Below, one piece after another: positions 33,021 to 46,777 of a stretch of DNA of 64,000 nucleotides. This stretch comes from Salpingoeca rosetta (lineage: Eukaryota > Protista > Choanoflagellata), in the NCBI GenBank assembly GCA_033442325.1, contig JAWQFM010000013.1, positions 290-64,289 of the forward strand. The letters are read 5' to 3'. The notes below the pieces were generated by a model that did no database searches, was not told the origin of the DNA, and saw only the letters and a program-made list of their open reading frames with translations. How positions within the stretch are numbered: the first letter of the stretch is position 1; every line of letters starts with the position of its first letter. The position numbers were made by a program, and so were the translations under genes.

Positions 33021-33641
33021 CGTCACGCCTTTATCGGTCCTGTCTCATCTCCAGTTTGCCATTACTCCCTTTCAGCTTACATTTGCCGTCCTGTCTTCAT
33101 GTTGCATGATGCCCTGAGTGTTGCGTGCCGTCGCAATGTCGCGTTGAGCTCTGCACGCTCTTGCCTTGCATCATTTCAAGCGTTTCTTGTTTCTCCTCAT
33201 GTCAGTCCTGTTGCGTACATCTGCTGTTGTTCGAGTGCACTGCGTGAGGGCCCCTACGCGTTGCTTCTTTGCTTCACCCCCTCGCCCCAAACACGTGATG
33301 CTTTTCCTATCAAAATACATGCCCTTTTGCAGCTTGCGCGTCGCATCACACCTTCAGACCCTCACTTCACTTCGCAACAAAGCATTCAATTGATTCTTGT
33401 GCGTGTCCTTGACACACACTGCCGCGCATGAGCGCCGAAAGTATGGGCAAAACTTTCTCCAATTGTCCCCTTTGCGCGCCTTTTGCTCACATGAGCGAGA
33501 CCAACAACAACCCCATTTTGCTTTTCTCGCTTTTTGTCCTTGTGCTTGTTGTCTCCACACAACACAACAACACGCGGCTTCCACCAATCGACCATTGAGC
33601 ACACACCCCTCCTCCTTCCACACTGAGCCCACAACGCCTGC

Positions 33642-34414
33642 ATGAGCAGGGCGTGTGACGTGTTCATCTCGGCGGTGCCGGGAGAAGCCGACGCGGCCGG
33701 TGAAACCCTGAAGGCAAGCCTGGATGACCGTGCGTTGGACACGTTTCTCGATCTCACACCAACGCCCACCCCGTCCGCGGGTTCAAGCACTAGCTCATCG
33801 TCTCATGGCCCGGACGTGCCACGTGCAGCTGCTTTGCGTGCATGCAAGCTTGTGGTCATCTTGGGGACGCCATCCTACGGATTAGAGGTGCCTGCAAGCA
33901 CGCCCAGTGATGACAACGTTGATGATGATCAAGACCAGGACAGCGGAAGCGACGCCGCCTGCCAACAATACGGCGACACTGGTTGTCCGGACAAGAACAG
34001 TAAGGCTTCGAGCAAGCAGCAGAAGCGCAACCCGACGGCGAGCGACCTTGCGTTCGTGTTGCAGCACCAGAAGCCACTTGTGGTCATCGACATGTGCCAG
34101 TCTGCGTTTAATTCGCCGTCGGTGCAGGAGCGCTTGCTGCACAGTGCTCACGCCACCAAAGTTGACTGGCACCTGGACACAACAACGGACACGACCATCA
34201 GTGTTCCCGCTCCCGTCCTGGCATGCATCTCTGACAAACTAATGGTGCGTGTGCGTGTGCGTGTGCTTGTGCGTGTGTGTGCGTGTGTGTGCGTGTGTGT
34301 GTGTGTGTGTGCGTGCGTGTGTGTGCGTGCGTGTGCGTGTGCGTGTGCGTGTGCGTGTGCGTGTGCGTGTGCGTGTGTGTGTGCGTGTGTGTGTGTGTGT
34401 GCGTGTGCGTGTGC

Positions 34415-34458
<44 letters not shown>

Positions 34459-34854
34459 GTGCGGGTGTGCGTGTGCGCGCAGGGTGCGTGCACTTGTGTG
34501 TCTGGTGCTGTGGGCGCTCACCTTGCGTTCCCCCGCTCCCACCACACACGCAAATACATGTTCTCCACACCAGAGCGTCTCCTTCTCTAGGCAGGCTCGA
34601 TCCATCAATTTGGTGCCAACAGTTGAAGGCTCGATCCCTGCAAGCACGGACACAAACACGGACAAGCTGTACGAAGATGGAAACATTGTCGATCAGCCTG
34701 GCATGGCTGTCAATCTCGCAGTTGAAGTTGCGCGCTCCTTCCCAATTCAGCAAGCTGAAGCGCAGAAAGCACTGTCGAACGGGCAGCACCCACCTGGCAC
34801 ATTTATTCTGCGGGATGGCCCTGTACCAAACACCATCATCATAGCCCTGGTGCG

Positions 34855-34889
<35 letters not shown>

Positions 34890-37800
34890 GGATGAACTTG
34901 TCCATGCATACTCACCCTTCTTCATACCATCTCTCTCTCCTTTTCCTTTCGTGACCACTCTTGTCGCCTGCCCTATTTCCCCTTCCTCCTCCTACACCCT
35001 GTTTCCCTGCACAGCTCGCACGGGAGGGCGTTGTCGAGGAGCATACGCTCACGAAACACGACAGTCACTCTTTTTCCCTGAACAACGAGCTCTTGCCAAA
35101 GGAGTGCACCACGCTTCAAGCCATCATCTCCCATCTCAAGACCAACCCTCACTCGCTTCCCCTCCCGGTACGTGCCGGCGATTTTCCAACACACTGCCAC
35201 AACACAACACAACACAACACAACACGACACAAACACAACACAACACAACACAACACAACACAACACAACACAACACAACACACGAGGCGCTCTCGCACAA
35301 CTGCCTCACACCTCCTCTCCTTTGCCCTCCTTTGCTCTCCCAACCCTCTCCATCCCCTGCACACCTTCAGCTGGGGAATGCCGTGGTGCTGCCGCACGTG
35401 TATGAGAAGACAACCCCCAAGGGAAGCACACCACCCTTGAAACCCGGACATGTGCAGTCCCTGCAGCCCAGCCACCATTCTTCGCCGCAGTCCAACTACG
35501 AAGCCACATTGTCCAATGCTCACTCCGGTGAGGCTGGCAGCAACCACGGCAGCCACCCCAGTGGAATGCCTTCGCGTGGTGCAGCGGGGATGCGAGGCCT
35601 GCCCGCCGCCGTCGGTCAGGGACGTGCTGATCAGCCCATTCGACTGTACGGCGATCCCACGAACCCGGGCGGAGTACCGACGCGACCGCTCTATGTGCAT
35701 GTTCCGCCAGCCGGGCAAACGGCCATCGATCCAAGCTCATTCAAGGTGTACGGCGACGCAAACGCCTCAACAGGAGCGCGCGATCAAGAGAGGCAACAGC
35801 AGCAGCCAGGCCCACAGGAGCAAGCGCCGCCCGGCAACAGCAAGGGCCAGGACTACCTTGAGCCTGTGAGCACGCGGCCATCCTCGTCCATCCCAAACTG
35901 CTATGGGCAAATCATGGCCAACCCCGACTACGAGCACCTCAAGCCCGAGTACGACCACATCTCGGAGGACGACGAGTTTGGTCTGCCGACGACCGAGCAG
36001 CTGCGTACCTTTGAGATGGAGCTCAGCGGCGACGGCACCAGCGGTGCACATGACGAGCATGCACAGCGACAGCAGCAGGGACGCCCAAGAAAGGCCGCAA
36101 GGGCAGCGCGTGGCGATGGAAAGGGCTCTCTCACTGAGAACCCGGTCCTCGCCTGGTGCTCCGCGCTGTGCGTGCTGTGCGGACTTGGCTCGTGCGGCAA
36201 GCGCCGTCTCAGAATCATCGCAGGCGTCTCAGTCTTCGCCTTGGTCATCATCATCGTTGCAGCCGTTGCGGCAACGTCAGCCGGCGGCGGTGGTGGTGGA
36301 AATGGCCCCAGCAGCGCGGCAGCAGCGACGTGCGAGACGATCCTGCCGCTCACACTCGATTGCCTGGACACAGAGTCAACCACCCTAGTGGAGTATGCGG
36401 CCGTCAACTCAGGGCCCGTGTGCGAGGTGCAGCGTGTGGAGAACTGCTGCTGCGACGCCTTCTTCACCTTGGCCCGTGTCAACGGCTCGGTGCACGTCGT
36501 CGCCAACGCTACGAGCCCCACGTCCCTGAGCCTCGGCTCCCACCTCACGTACATCGCCGGTGACTTTATCATCGACACCACACCACCTTCACCCTCCTCC
36601 TCCTCCTCCTCCTCCTCCTCCTCCTCCTCCTCCTTTGCCGGTGTGGCTGTACAGTCATCGTCCTTGCTGCCCATGTTGGCTATGGTTGATTTTGGCGTCG
36701 TCGAGCGCATTGGTGGGAGCGTCCGCGTGGCTGGATTTGGCGCGCTGACGCACGTTGACTTCCGTCAACTGACCTTCATTGGCGGATCTCTTGATCTCCG
36801 AGACAGTACCGTCCTCCACTCACTCAGCCTTGAGCAGGTGGCCAGCGTCGGTGGCAGCGTCGTGCTCAACAACACCTCCCTGACCAGCATCGATTTTGGC
36901 GCGCTCACACAGGTTGCAGGCGATCTTTCGCTCGCCTCAACTCCCGTCACGAGCATCGACCTTGCCAGGATCGCACACATCGGCGGCACCCTAACCATGC
37001 GCCAGGACACCCCCCACCTCGAGACAGTCCGTCTTGGGCAGCTCACGCGTGTTGGGGGCGACGTGGTGCTTGCAGGCACCGCTGTTCGTGCTGTGGCGCT
37101 TGCGCGTATGACCACCATCGGCGGCAGCTTGCTCGTGCGCGATAACAACCTGCTCACGTCCATCCAGCTCAACGACCTGGCACACGTCGGCGCCGGCATG
37201 GTTCTCTCCAGCAACGATCTGCAGTTCATCAACTTTGCTCACGTGCCGTCCGTTGGCAGTGAGCTCGACATCAGCAACAACGAGCGCCTGACGATGCTGC
37301 AGCTGGGTTCACTCACACGTGTGGACGGCAGCTTCAGCCTGGCGACCTGCGGGTTCACGGCCGTTGACTTTTCGGGACTTGAGCGCGTCGGTGGCGACCT
37401 CGATGTAAGCAACAACGCCCTGACCAGCATCGCGTTTGGCAGCGCGCTGACGATGGTAGGCGGCGATGTGAACCTCAGCAACAACGGTTTCGACTACCTT
37501 GACGCTATTCTCGGCGAGGGCGCCTCATCAACACAAGCAGGGGCAGCAACCGCGGTGCTCCCTGTCATTGGGGGCAGCCTTGTTCTTGCTGGTAACCTGC
37601 TCCCCTCCGCCAGCATGAGGGCGTTTCCTGCGACAATCGGCGGCGCCGTGGATCTTAGCAACAACCTGCTGTCCAGCCTGTCGTTTGACGGGCTGACGAG
37701 CCTTGAGTTTGGCGTCCTGGCCGCGAACAACAACGGGCTGCAATATGTGGACCTGCGTGACGTGACTGCGGTGCACGGTGACCTGGATCTGAGCTTGACC

Positions 37801-39681
37801 GGTTTGTACACGTTGGTGGCGACAAAGGTGGACCTGTTTGCCGGCGACGTGATTCTCGCCGACAACCGCCTAGGCTCCATCCTGTTCTCCAGCACCCTTA
37901 CCCGCATTGCAGGCAGCCTCATCCTCAGCCACAACACCATCTATTCCATTAACTTCCCAGCGACACTCACGCACATCGGCGGCTCGCTCGAGCTCATCAA
38001 CGACAACCTCCAATCCGTGGACCTGGGCGCAATCAGAACCATTGGCGACAGTCTCGTCGTTGCCAGCAGCGCTTCCCTCAACTCGTTTGACTTTGGAGAC
38101 GTCACTCAGATTGGCGGCAGCATCGTCATCACCAACACTACGCTCTCCTCCTTTGAGCCTCCGGCCTCAATGACAACGCTGAACGGAGACCTTGACCTGA
38201 GCAACACGGAGCTGAGCAGTTTCTCGCTCGGCCAGATCACCGCCATCACGGGCAGCCTGCTGCTGTCGCGCACGTCGCTGCAGCAGCTGCTGCTGCCAGG
38301 GTTGCAGTCCCTTGGCGGTTCGCTGGACGTCTCCGGCAGCAGCCAGCTCACCCGCGTCTCGTTTGGGCAGCTGACCAGCCTTGCTGGCGGCAGTCTCGTC
38401 GTGCACAGCACTGCCGTGACCTCGCTCCCGCTCAACGACATCACTGCCGTTGGCGGCGACATTGACGTGCGCAGTTGCGCCAACCTCAGTACCCTGGACC
38501 TGGGCCCCCACATCACGGCTGTGCCCGGAAGCGTTCTCGCCATGAACAGTGGGCTGACGAGCATCGATCTGAGAAACGTGCGCCGCATCGGCCGCAACCT
38601 GAACGTCTCTGGCAGCAGTGACGCTGGGCTTGACCTTGACGTCGGCGCGTTGGAGTATGTGGGCGGGGCTGTGGATGTGAGTCGTACCAGTCTCGCCACC
38701 TTTGACCTGCGGGCGCTGGCGGTGATTGGCGGCGACTTGCGGATTGTGGATGCAGATGCACTGGCCGTGCTGGATGTGGGGGCGCTGACGCGCGTGGACG
38801 GGTCCTTCGTGCTGGATGAGTGCGACACGCTGCCTTCCCTTGGCTTTGGCGGCATTCGCTCCATCGGTGCCGATGTGCAGCTGAGCTCGAACCCTCGTCT
38901 CCTGCACGTCGACGTTGGCAACGCCCTGACCCGGATTGCCGGTGTGCTACGCGTGGCCAACATGGACGGCCTGTCAGCGCTGGAGCTGGATCGAGTCGCC
39001 AGCGTGCACGCCGTTGACATTTCGTACTGCGAACCGCTGGTCAGGATCACGTTTCCCGCGCTCACACACATCGAAGATGGGATTACCATCACGGCGGTGG
39101 GCGTGGAAAGCGTCGACTTCCCCCTGCTCACAGGCTCGGTCCGATACGCAACATTTAACGCCCTCACAGCATCGCGTGTTTCACTGGGCGGCCTCCAGGA
39201 AGTCGCGGAGACCTTAAACGTCCATCTACTCCAAGCGCTTCAGCAGCTGGACTTTGGAGCCATCACCCGTGTTGGAGGCAACGTTCACGTCACAGGGTTA
39301 GGGAGCGCCAGCGGGATTGCAATTGACTTTGCCGGCATCTCCACGATTGACGGTGCCGTTGAGGTCTCTGGCTGTGCCGCGGCTTCGCTGGACTTTGGCG
39401 CGTTGCGCTCTGTGGGTGGTGACTTGACTGTCGCTGACAACGGCCTCACGCAACTCAGCCTCGGCAGCATTTCAACCGTTGGCGGCAGTGTCAACCTCTT
39501 TGACGAGTCGTGGGCGGCACTGGACGTGGGCGCGCTGAAACAAGTGAGCGGTCAGGTCTATGTGTACCTGGGCGCCACCACGTCACTCAACTGCAACGGC
39601 TTTACTGCGGAATGCTTGGCCGTCGAGGCAGCAGAAACAGCAACGCCACAGCTGATGCGTTGCCCAGACCCATGCTCATGA
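33642..39681 (+). CDS. Type II membrane receptor-like protein, ~1780 aa: TIR-like - SH2 - Tyr/Pro-rich linker - TM - extracellular L-domain/LRR-like repeats (exons 33642-34244, 34574-34849, 35015-35167, 35371-39681)
   Basis: [53 protein letters not shown] (TIR fold). [54 protein letters not shown] (SH2). KRRLR followed by [19 protein letters not shown] (TM). More than 40 repeats of ~22 aa, L..IDFG.L..VGG.L.L..N. All three introns are phase 0 and join in frame. Confidence 0.85.
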
Positions 39682-39754
39682 TTCTGACGCGTGTGTGTGC
39701 GTGTGTAAGCGGAGGGAGGTTGGAAGGGGAGAGGGCGCTTGAGTGAGTGAGTGA

Positions 39755-39831
<77 letters not shown>

Positions 39832-39884
39832 TGTGCGTGTGCGTGTGTCCTTCCTACTCCGAACATGCTTGGCCGTTCTTTCCT

Positions 39885-40548
39885 TAACTTGCTCGCCTGT
39901 GTGCGGTGTTGTGTACGCGCTCGATCCATTCGTCTGTTGTCCATTCGCCGCTGCTCTCGTCCGCACTGTACATCGCGACCGAGACAGGACATGTTCATGT
40001 GTGTGAGAGAGAGTGTGTGTGTGCGTGTGTGTGTGAGTGTGTGTGTGTGTGAGAGAGAGAGTGTGTGTGTGAGTGTGAGTGTGAGTGTGAGTGTGAGTGA
40101 GTGTGTGTGTGTGCGTGTGTGTGTCAGTTCATGGACACGCGCCACGGTGCAAGCTAACCAGCTTCACCAACAATCAAAAAGCACAAGTACACAGACACAA
40201 ACGCAGACACACAAGCAAGAACCAACAACTCCACATTGAACAAAGCAATGCACGGTGCTTGTGCTCACGTGGATGTAAAGACGAGATCGCTGCCGCGCGT
40301 CTCGATGCGGAAGGAGCGGATGAGGAATTTGCTTCCGGTGGCGTACGCGTAGCTGTTGTAGTCGTCGACGTACAGCTTGCCCTCAGCGGTGGACGAAGAG
40401 TCCAGTGCGGCCACGAGCGTAAACGGGTCGTGATGGGTCAGGCCAGACGTCCTGACAGCAGTTGTGGTGCGATGGGGCAACGGGGGAGAAGAGGTGAGGC
40501 GGTGATGGTGATGATGGTGATGATGATGATGATGATGATGATGATGAC

Positions 40549-40596
<48 letters not shown>

Positions 40597-40653
40597 GATA
40601 AAGACAACAAAGAGGGTCACATCAACACAAGTCATCGACACACGATACATGCA

Positions 40654-40693
<40 letters not shown>

Positions 40694-40998
40694 GATGGAC
40701 AGGCCATGTGTTCCTGTGCTACCTGCGGACACGCATCTTGCGTGGGATGATGCTGCCGCCGCGCTGGAAGACAGGGATCTTGCGCAATGGCGCAGCGACG
40801 GTCTTGCGGGCCGGTGCCGCATGCGATTGGCCAGTCTCGACGTCATACCACGGCTGGCGGCGGGCACAGACAACAGTCGCAGGGACGTGTAAGTCGCAGT
40901 GAGTGCAGTACTAGCATGCTGGCATGTGCAGGCTGCGTGTGCAGAGGTGGAGGGACGAGCACGGCAGCTGCTGCAGAAGCGCTCAAACACGCAATGCG

Positions 40999-41047
<49 letters not shown>

Positions 41048-42140
41048 CATACACACGGGCAGCATCTCACACCTGCGAGCCCGGGAAGTAGACGGAGGCG
41101 GAGGTGGCGCCGGCGACGGTGACGGGAGTGACGAGCAGATCGCCTCCAACTGGCAGCACAGGGGTAGCGGGGGGGGGGGGAGGAGGTGGACGGAGGTGAG
41201 GCGCACCAAGGAGCAGGCAAAGGTGAGACAGTGGTGTTGAAAGGGTGTTGTTGGTGGCGAGTGAGCATCAGAGAAGAGCATGACAGTGGCAAGAACAAGA
41301 ACAAGAACAAGAAGAACAAGAACACCGCCACCACCATCACACGCGGTGACGAACCGAGGTGTGTTGTTTCCTCAGCAAAGGCGTCCTCCTCCTCGGGGTA
41401 CTCGGCCCAGATTGGGCGCATGACGGGAACGCCCGTGGTCGCGCTCACGTGGAACAGCGTGTACCAGTACGGAAGCAGCTGGTAGCGCGCATGAATCGTC
41501 GAGCGAACGATGGTCCTGGGTAGTGCAGTGGTGGCGAGGGATGGGAGGGGGGTGGTTACGCGGAGCACACAAACAAACAAACAAACAAACAAACAAACAA
41601 ACAAACAAACAAACAAACAAACAAACAAACAAACAAACAAACAAACAAACAAACAAACAAACAAACAAACAAACAAACAAACAAACAAACAAACAAACAA
41701 ACAAACAAACAAACAAACAAACAAACAAAATCGGGTACGCACTGCTCTGGCTCGTCGAGGAGGTAGGGTTCACGGCGCTTGGTGTCGAGGTGGGCGTGTG
41801 CGCGCATGAAGGGCTGGTACGCGCCGGCCTGGTACCAGCGCACAAGCAGCTCCGTGTCCGGGTTGCCAAAGAACCCGCCAATGTCAGCGCCGCAGAAGGG
41901 GAGGCCCGCCACGCTCACAGACAGCAGCATGGGCACGCTTGCCTGTGAATTGCGGTAAAGGTGGGGGGGGGAGGTAAGCGTGGTTGTATTGTGAGATGGT
42001 GGGCAAATGTGGGTGTTGGAGCGGGGCCACGTTGGAATAACGGCAGCCAAACCAGGTGAACAAGCAACGAAACAAGTAACAAGTACGCAAACAGGATGTC
42101 ACAGACACACACATACACACACATACACACAGACACAGAC

Positions 42141-42175
<35 letters not shown>

Positions 42176-42876
42176 AACCACACACGACACGAAATGCCAG
42201 GTCATCAGCGCACCTTGAGATGCCCCCACTCTGCAGTGTTGTCGCCTGTCCAGATGGCGCCGTACTTCTGCGATCCAGCAAAGAATGCGCGGGAGAGGAC
42301 AAAGGGGCGCTGGTGCCCACCAGAGCGCCGGCGAATGCCCTCCGCAGTGGAGGCCGGCTGCCACATGCCGTAGATGTTGTGCACGTCACGGTGCTCTCGG
42401 CCTAAAGACGTGGAAGGGGGAAATGGTGATGGGAGTGATGGTGATGGTGATGGGGTGCATTGGATTGCGAATCAATCACGAGCGTGGACACAGGTTGCAA
42501 AGCGAAGAGCAAACTGCATTGGCGGTGGCGATGCAGTTTGCAAACACAGTGCGCGCATGTGTGCGTGCAAGGGGCGTACCATCGAGGTGCTTTGCGTCCT
42601 TGTGCATGGTGACCTCTGGGCCGTTGAACACAGACGGCTCGTTCATGTCGTTCCAGAAGAACACGCTTTGCGTCGTGCCCTCGTACTTGTCCAGCGCTAC
42701 ACAAAGCAGGTGTGTGTGTGCGCGCGTGTGTGTGAATATGCATGAGTGTATTAAGTGTGTTGGCATGCATATTCGCATACGTATGCGCCCACGCATGAGC
42801 ACAGTCACACTTAAAGCACTACCAAGCCTCATCCCACCACGCTACACGCGCATTTCATCCAAACACACACGCACAC

Positions 42877-42922
<46 letters not shown>

Positions 42923-43022
42923 NNNNNNNNNNNNNNNNNNNNNNNNNNNNNNNNNNNNNNNNNNNNNNNNNNNNNNNNNNNNNNNNNNNNNNNNNNNNNN
43001 NNNNNNNNNNNNNNNNNNNNNN

Positions 43023-43097
<75 letters not shown>

Positions 43098-43685
43098 AAT
43101 GTACGTGGGACGTGCGTGCAAGGCCGTGCATGAACAAAGACATTTGAGTCAGCACGTCGCATGCCACCACGATGGCCGTGCAATGTAGCATTGGGCATCA
43201 CATCACCTTGCGCGCTTGATGTGCGGGTCGACAATGTTGACCATCTTGCGCTCCTTGACGTTGAGTGCATTCTGCATTGCCGCTGGATCAGGGAACTTGG
43301 TGCGGTCCCACGTCATGTACCTGCACACAATATGTGGGAGGGGGAAAGGGGAGGCGTAAGTTCTTGGTAAACAAGAAGAAACACAGACAGGCCGGCAGAA
43401 GGGGTAGGTTAACAGGCATATAGGCAGACGCATGTGCGCGCACACACACACACACACACTGACAACACACACACACACACACATATGCACCACTCCCACC
43501 CCGGCCCTCTACACGCATTCAGCAGCACCTCTTTCCGTCTGTGTGCTCAATGTCGAGCCAGATGACGTCTGCCGGGATGTCCGCTTCGTCCAGGCGCCGG
43601 TCAACCAGCGCAACATCCTGCAGCGGGTGGTGTGTAGTGGGGTTGGGGTACATGTGTGCGTGTGTGTGTGTGTGTGCGTGTGTGT

Positions 43686-43721
<36 letters not shown>

Positions 43722-43903
43722 ATGTGTGTGTGTGCTTGCTTCCCACGCGGGTGCAACGTGAGCACCTCCTGATCGTTGTAGTTCCAGCGGCACTGGTGGT
43801 AGGCGAGGCTGAAGAGCGGCGGCAGCTCAGGCATGCCTGCACACACATGTGTCGATGGCGGAAGGACACAGAATGAAGCTGTATAAAGAGGCAAGAAAAC
43901 ACG

Positions 43904-43953
<50 letters not shown>

Positions 43954-45510
43954 AACACAATCAACACACAGAGACACAGACACAGACACAGACATACACA
44001 CACATCCTCCACCCTCCTCAGCCCACTCCAGCCGTAACACGTGGCGCACCTGTGACTTTTGCGTACTGCGCAAAGACGTCGTGGGGCTTTGGCCCGAGGA
44101 AGACAAACAGGTCCACAACGCCACTCTCCACCACCCACTGGGTGTCGACAGACGCGCGGGACGCCGTGTTGCCATCGCCGCCGGCCTGTGCCGATGGGGA
44201 CGAGAAGAGCGAGGAGAGGGCACGCAGCAGCCGCGTGTGCACGGGAGATGACGCACCAGACCGCTGCACGTGCACCCACATCTCCGCTGCGTTGAGCAGC
44301 AGGGCGCCCGTCGTGTGGCGCCGGCTGTGCCCGAGCATGTACGGGATGCTGCCAGGTGACCGAGGGATTACGGAGGATGAGTGACCATCGTGTGAATGTA
44401 TGCGAATGTGTGAATGTGTGTGTGTGTGTGTTTGTGTGTGAGTGTGTGAATGTCTGGGCGCTTGGGCTGTGCGTATGTGCGTACATGCGTGCGCATGAGC
44501 ATGTGCGCAAGGATAACACACACGCTACAATCGTAGAAGCATAGCACCACCAGCCTCACGAGCCTCACCACGAGCCTTACCCCACCACCACCGTCACCAC
44601 CACGGCCTCACCTGCCGTAGAGTGCCATTGTCTCCTCCAGCTCGTACTCAAACACATCGAGATTGTACAGCCGGTACGGCTTGGTCCGCCTGCCGCAACA
44701 AGGCACCGCGACGGAACGATGGAAAAAGAAGAATGAGGGCGTGTAAGTGTATGTGTGCGTGAGTGTGCGTTCGAGTGTGCGTTCAAGTGTGCGTGAGTGT
44801 GTGCGTGTGTATGTGTGTGTGTGTGTGTGCGAACACTGGCACGCAAGCGTATGCTATTGTCCTTATGCTTCTTCCCAACACACCAAACAACCTGTGCCAA
44901 ACACCACCACCACCACCACCACTCGCGCTTACTCTGTGTCGCGAAGAGCAAACGAGTCTGCGTGCTCGGGAATGCCGTACACGTGTTGCGCATCGTGGAA
45001 CGTCAGATCAAGCGAGACTGAAGCCATGTTGGGTGGTGGTGGTCGCAATCGGTGAGGAGGGTGTTCAAGTGAAAACTGAGAACTGAGATTAGTCTAACGC
45101 ATGTGCGTTGCAATCACACATCCACCCACCCACCCACCCACCCACACACACATCCACCCACCCACACACACACACATACACACCCACACCCACCCACATA
45201 CAGCACACCCTACTTGCAGTTGGGCCGTGGGGCTTGCTGTCCTTGTGGGTCTTGAAGGATTCCTCCCACATGCCATCGACGTCGCCGTCACGCCGCTCCC
45301 GCTGCTGCTCAAAGTCAAACAGCCCGCGGCCATTCACCGTCGCAACGGCAGTCTGGAAAGGAAAAGCGGGCAAGCGGGATGGTGATTGTATGAGCAGGGT
45401 GATTTGTAAAGAGTGAAGGGTATTTGGGGGGGGGGGGCGCTGAAGGTGGCAACACAATGACACAAAGTGCAGCCATATACAATGACAAAGTGCGTACACA
45501 CACACACACA

Positions 45511-45588
<78 letters not shown>

Positions 45589-46374
45589 GCCTCTCTCTCT
45601 CTCTCTTTGTCTCTCTCCCTGCCTCTCTGTCTCTCTCTGTCTCTGTCTGTCTGTCTGTTTCTCTCTCTCCCTCTTTTCAACTCACGTCGCCGCGCATAAA
45701 GTCGATGCGGAAGGGGGCGTAGGTGACGATGATGGAACCGATGACGTCGTGGTTGACAAGAACATCAGCGACAAAGTGCTCATCCGTGGAGCTGTCACTC
45801 TTCTGAATCTTCGCGGGCGTGTTCACCAGGTCCTCCGACACAACATCCTGTACGCGGTAGCTGTAACAAACACAAATGTGTGCATGACACAATGGGTGAA
45901 TGGGTGTCGTGAGTACCAGACACTGGGAACACATGCATCGTCGCAGCGGTGATCAGAAGCGCACGTTGTGCTTGCTTGGGGCGGCCAGGCATGGTTGCGC
46001 CTTTCTGCATGAAACACACGTGCTTCGTTCGCATGCGTGGGGCACATGCGTTTCGTCGCACGTTCCATGCGGCACATGCGTTTGCTTGCGTGATGGAAAC
46101 TCACCGAGGGCGGATGGGCTCCTTCTCGTCAATGACGAGGCGGAGGGTGTCGCTCTCAAAGCCAACAATGGAGGCGCGCAGGAGCTTGGTCTCGCGCGAG
46201 TCTTTCAGGTCAAAGACGAGCGCCTGCTGTTGTCCATTGCCGTCACTCCCGGCCACAATCTCCACGCTGCTGCGTTCGACGGTGTACGGCGACGTCCAGT
46301 CGCTCTAAAGGCGTGTGATGTTAGAGAGGGAGGGGGACGAAGATGAGAGGATACACAGGCAGCTGGCTTGTGAG

Positions 46375-46426
<52 letters not shown>

Positions 46427-46777
46427 GGCAGACAGACAGACAGACAGACAGACAGGCAGACAGACAGACACACGCACACGCACACGCACACGCACACGCA
46501 CACACACACAGACACAGACACAGACACACACAAACATACACACACACACACACACATCACACACATCACACACATCACACACATCACACACACGCCACAC
46601 CCGCACCGGCCGATCGAGGATCTGGCGCTTGCAAAACCCGCTCTGCTCGCATGTCTTGAAGTTGCTGCGGTCCACAGCAGTGACAAAGAGCACACTGCCC
46701 ACCGCCAGCACAGCCAACACCACTGCCTGCACTGACACGGGAGCAGCGCCACCGCCACCACAACGTCTCATCATCAT
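39885..46777 (-). CDS. GANAB: Glucosidase II alpha subunit (GH31), ~18 visible exons, interrupted by a gap; 3' end uncertain
   Basis: Signal peptide followed by [18 protein letters not shown]. Also [44 protein letters not shown], catalytic [49 protein letters not shown] and EWIERV. Confidence 0.95.
41569..41727. repeat. (CAAA)n tetranucleotide microsatellite in a GANAB intron
   Basis: About 40 units. Confidence 0.95.
42923..43022. other. Assembly gap (100 N) between (CA)n and (TG)n tracts inside GANAB
   Basis: Run of N. GANAB sequence between DPHIKR and ALDKYEGT is missing. Confidence 1.
45513..45670. repeat. (CT)n compound microsatellite
   Basis: CT repeats with CTGT variants. Confidence 0.9.
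46374..46595. repeat. Compound (CAGA)n/(CA)n/(CACACACAT)n repeat in GANAB intron 1
   Basis: Directly visible tandem units. Confidence 0.9.

Noticed and set aside
34858-35370. N-terminus of the 1607-aa ORF as printed
   Set aside because: It reads through introns and the SH2 exon in a different frame. The real coding frame begins at the acceptor near 35371.
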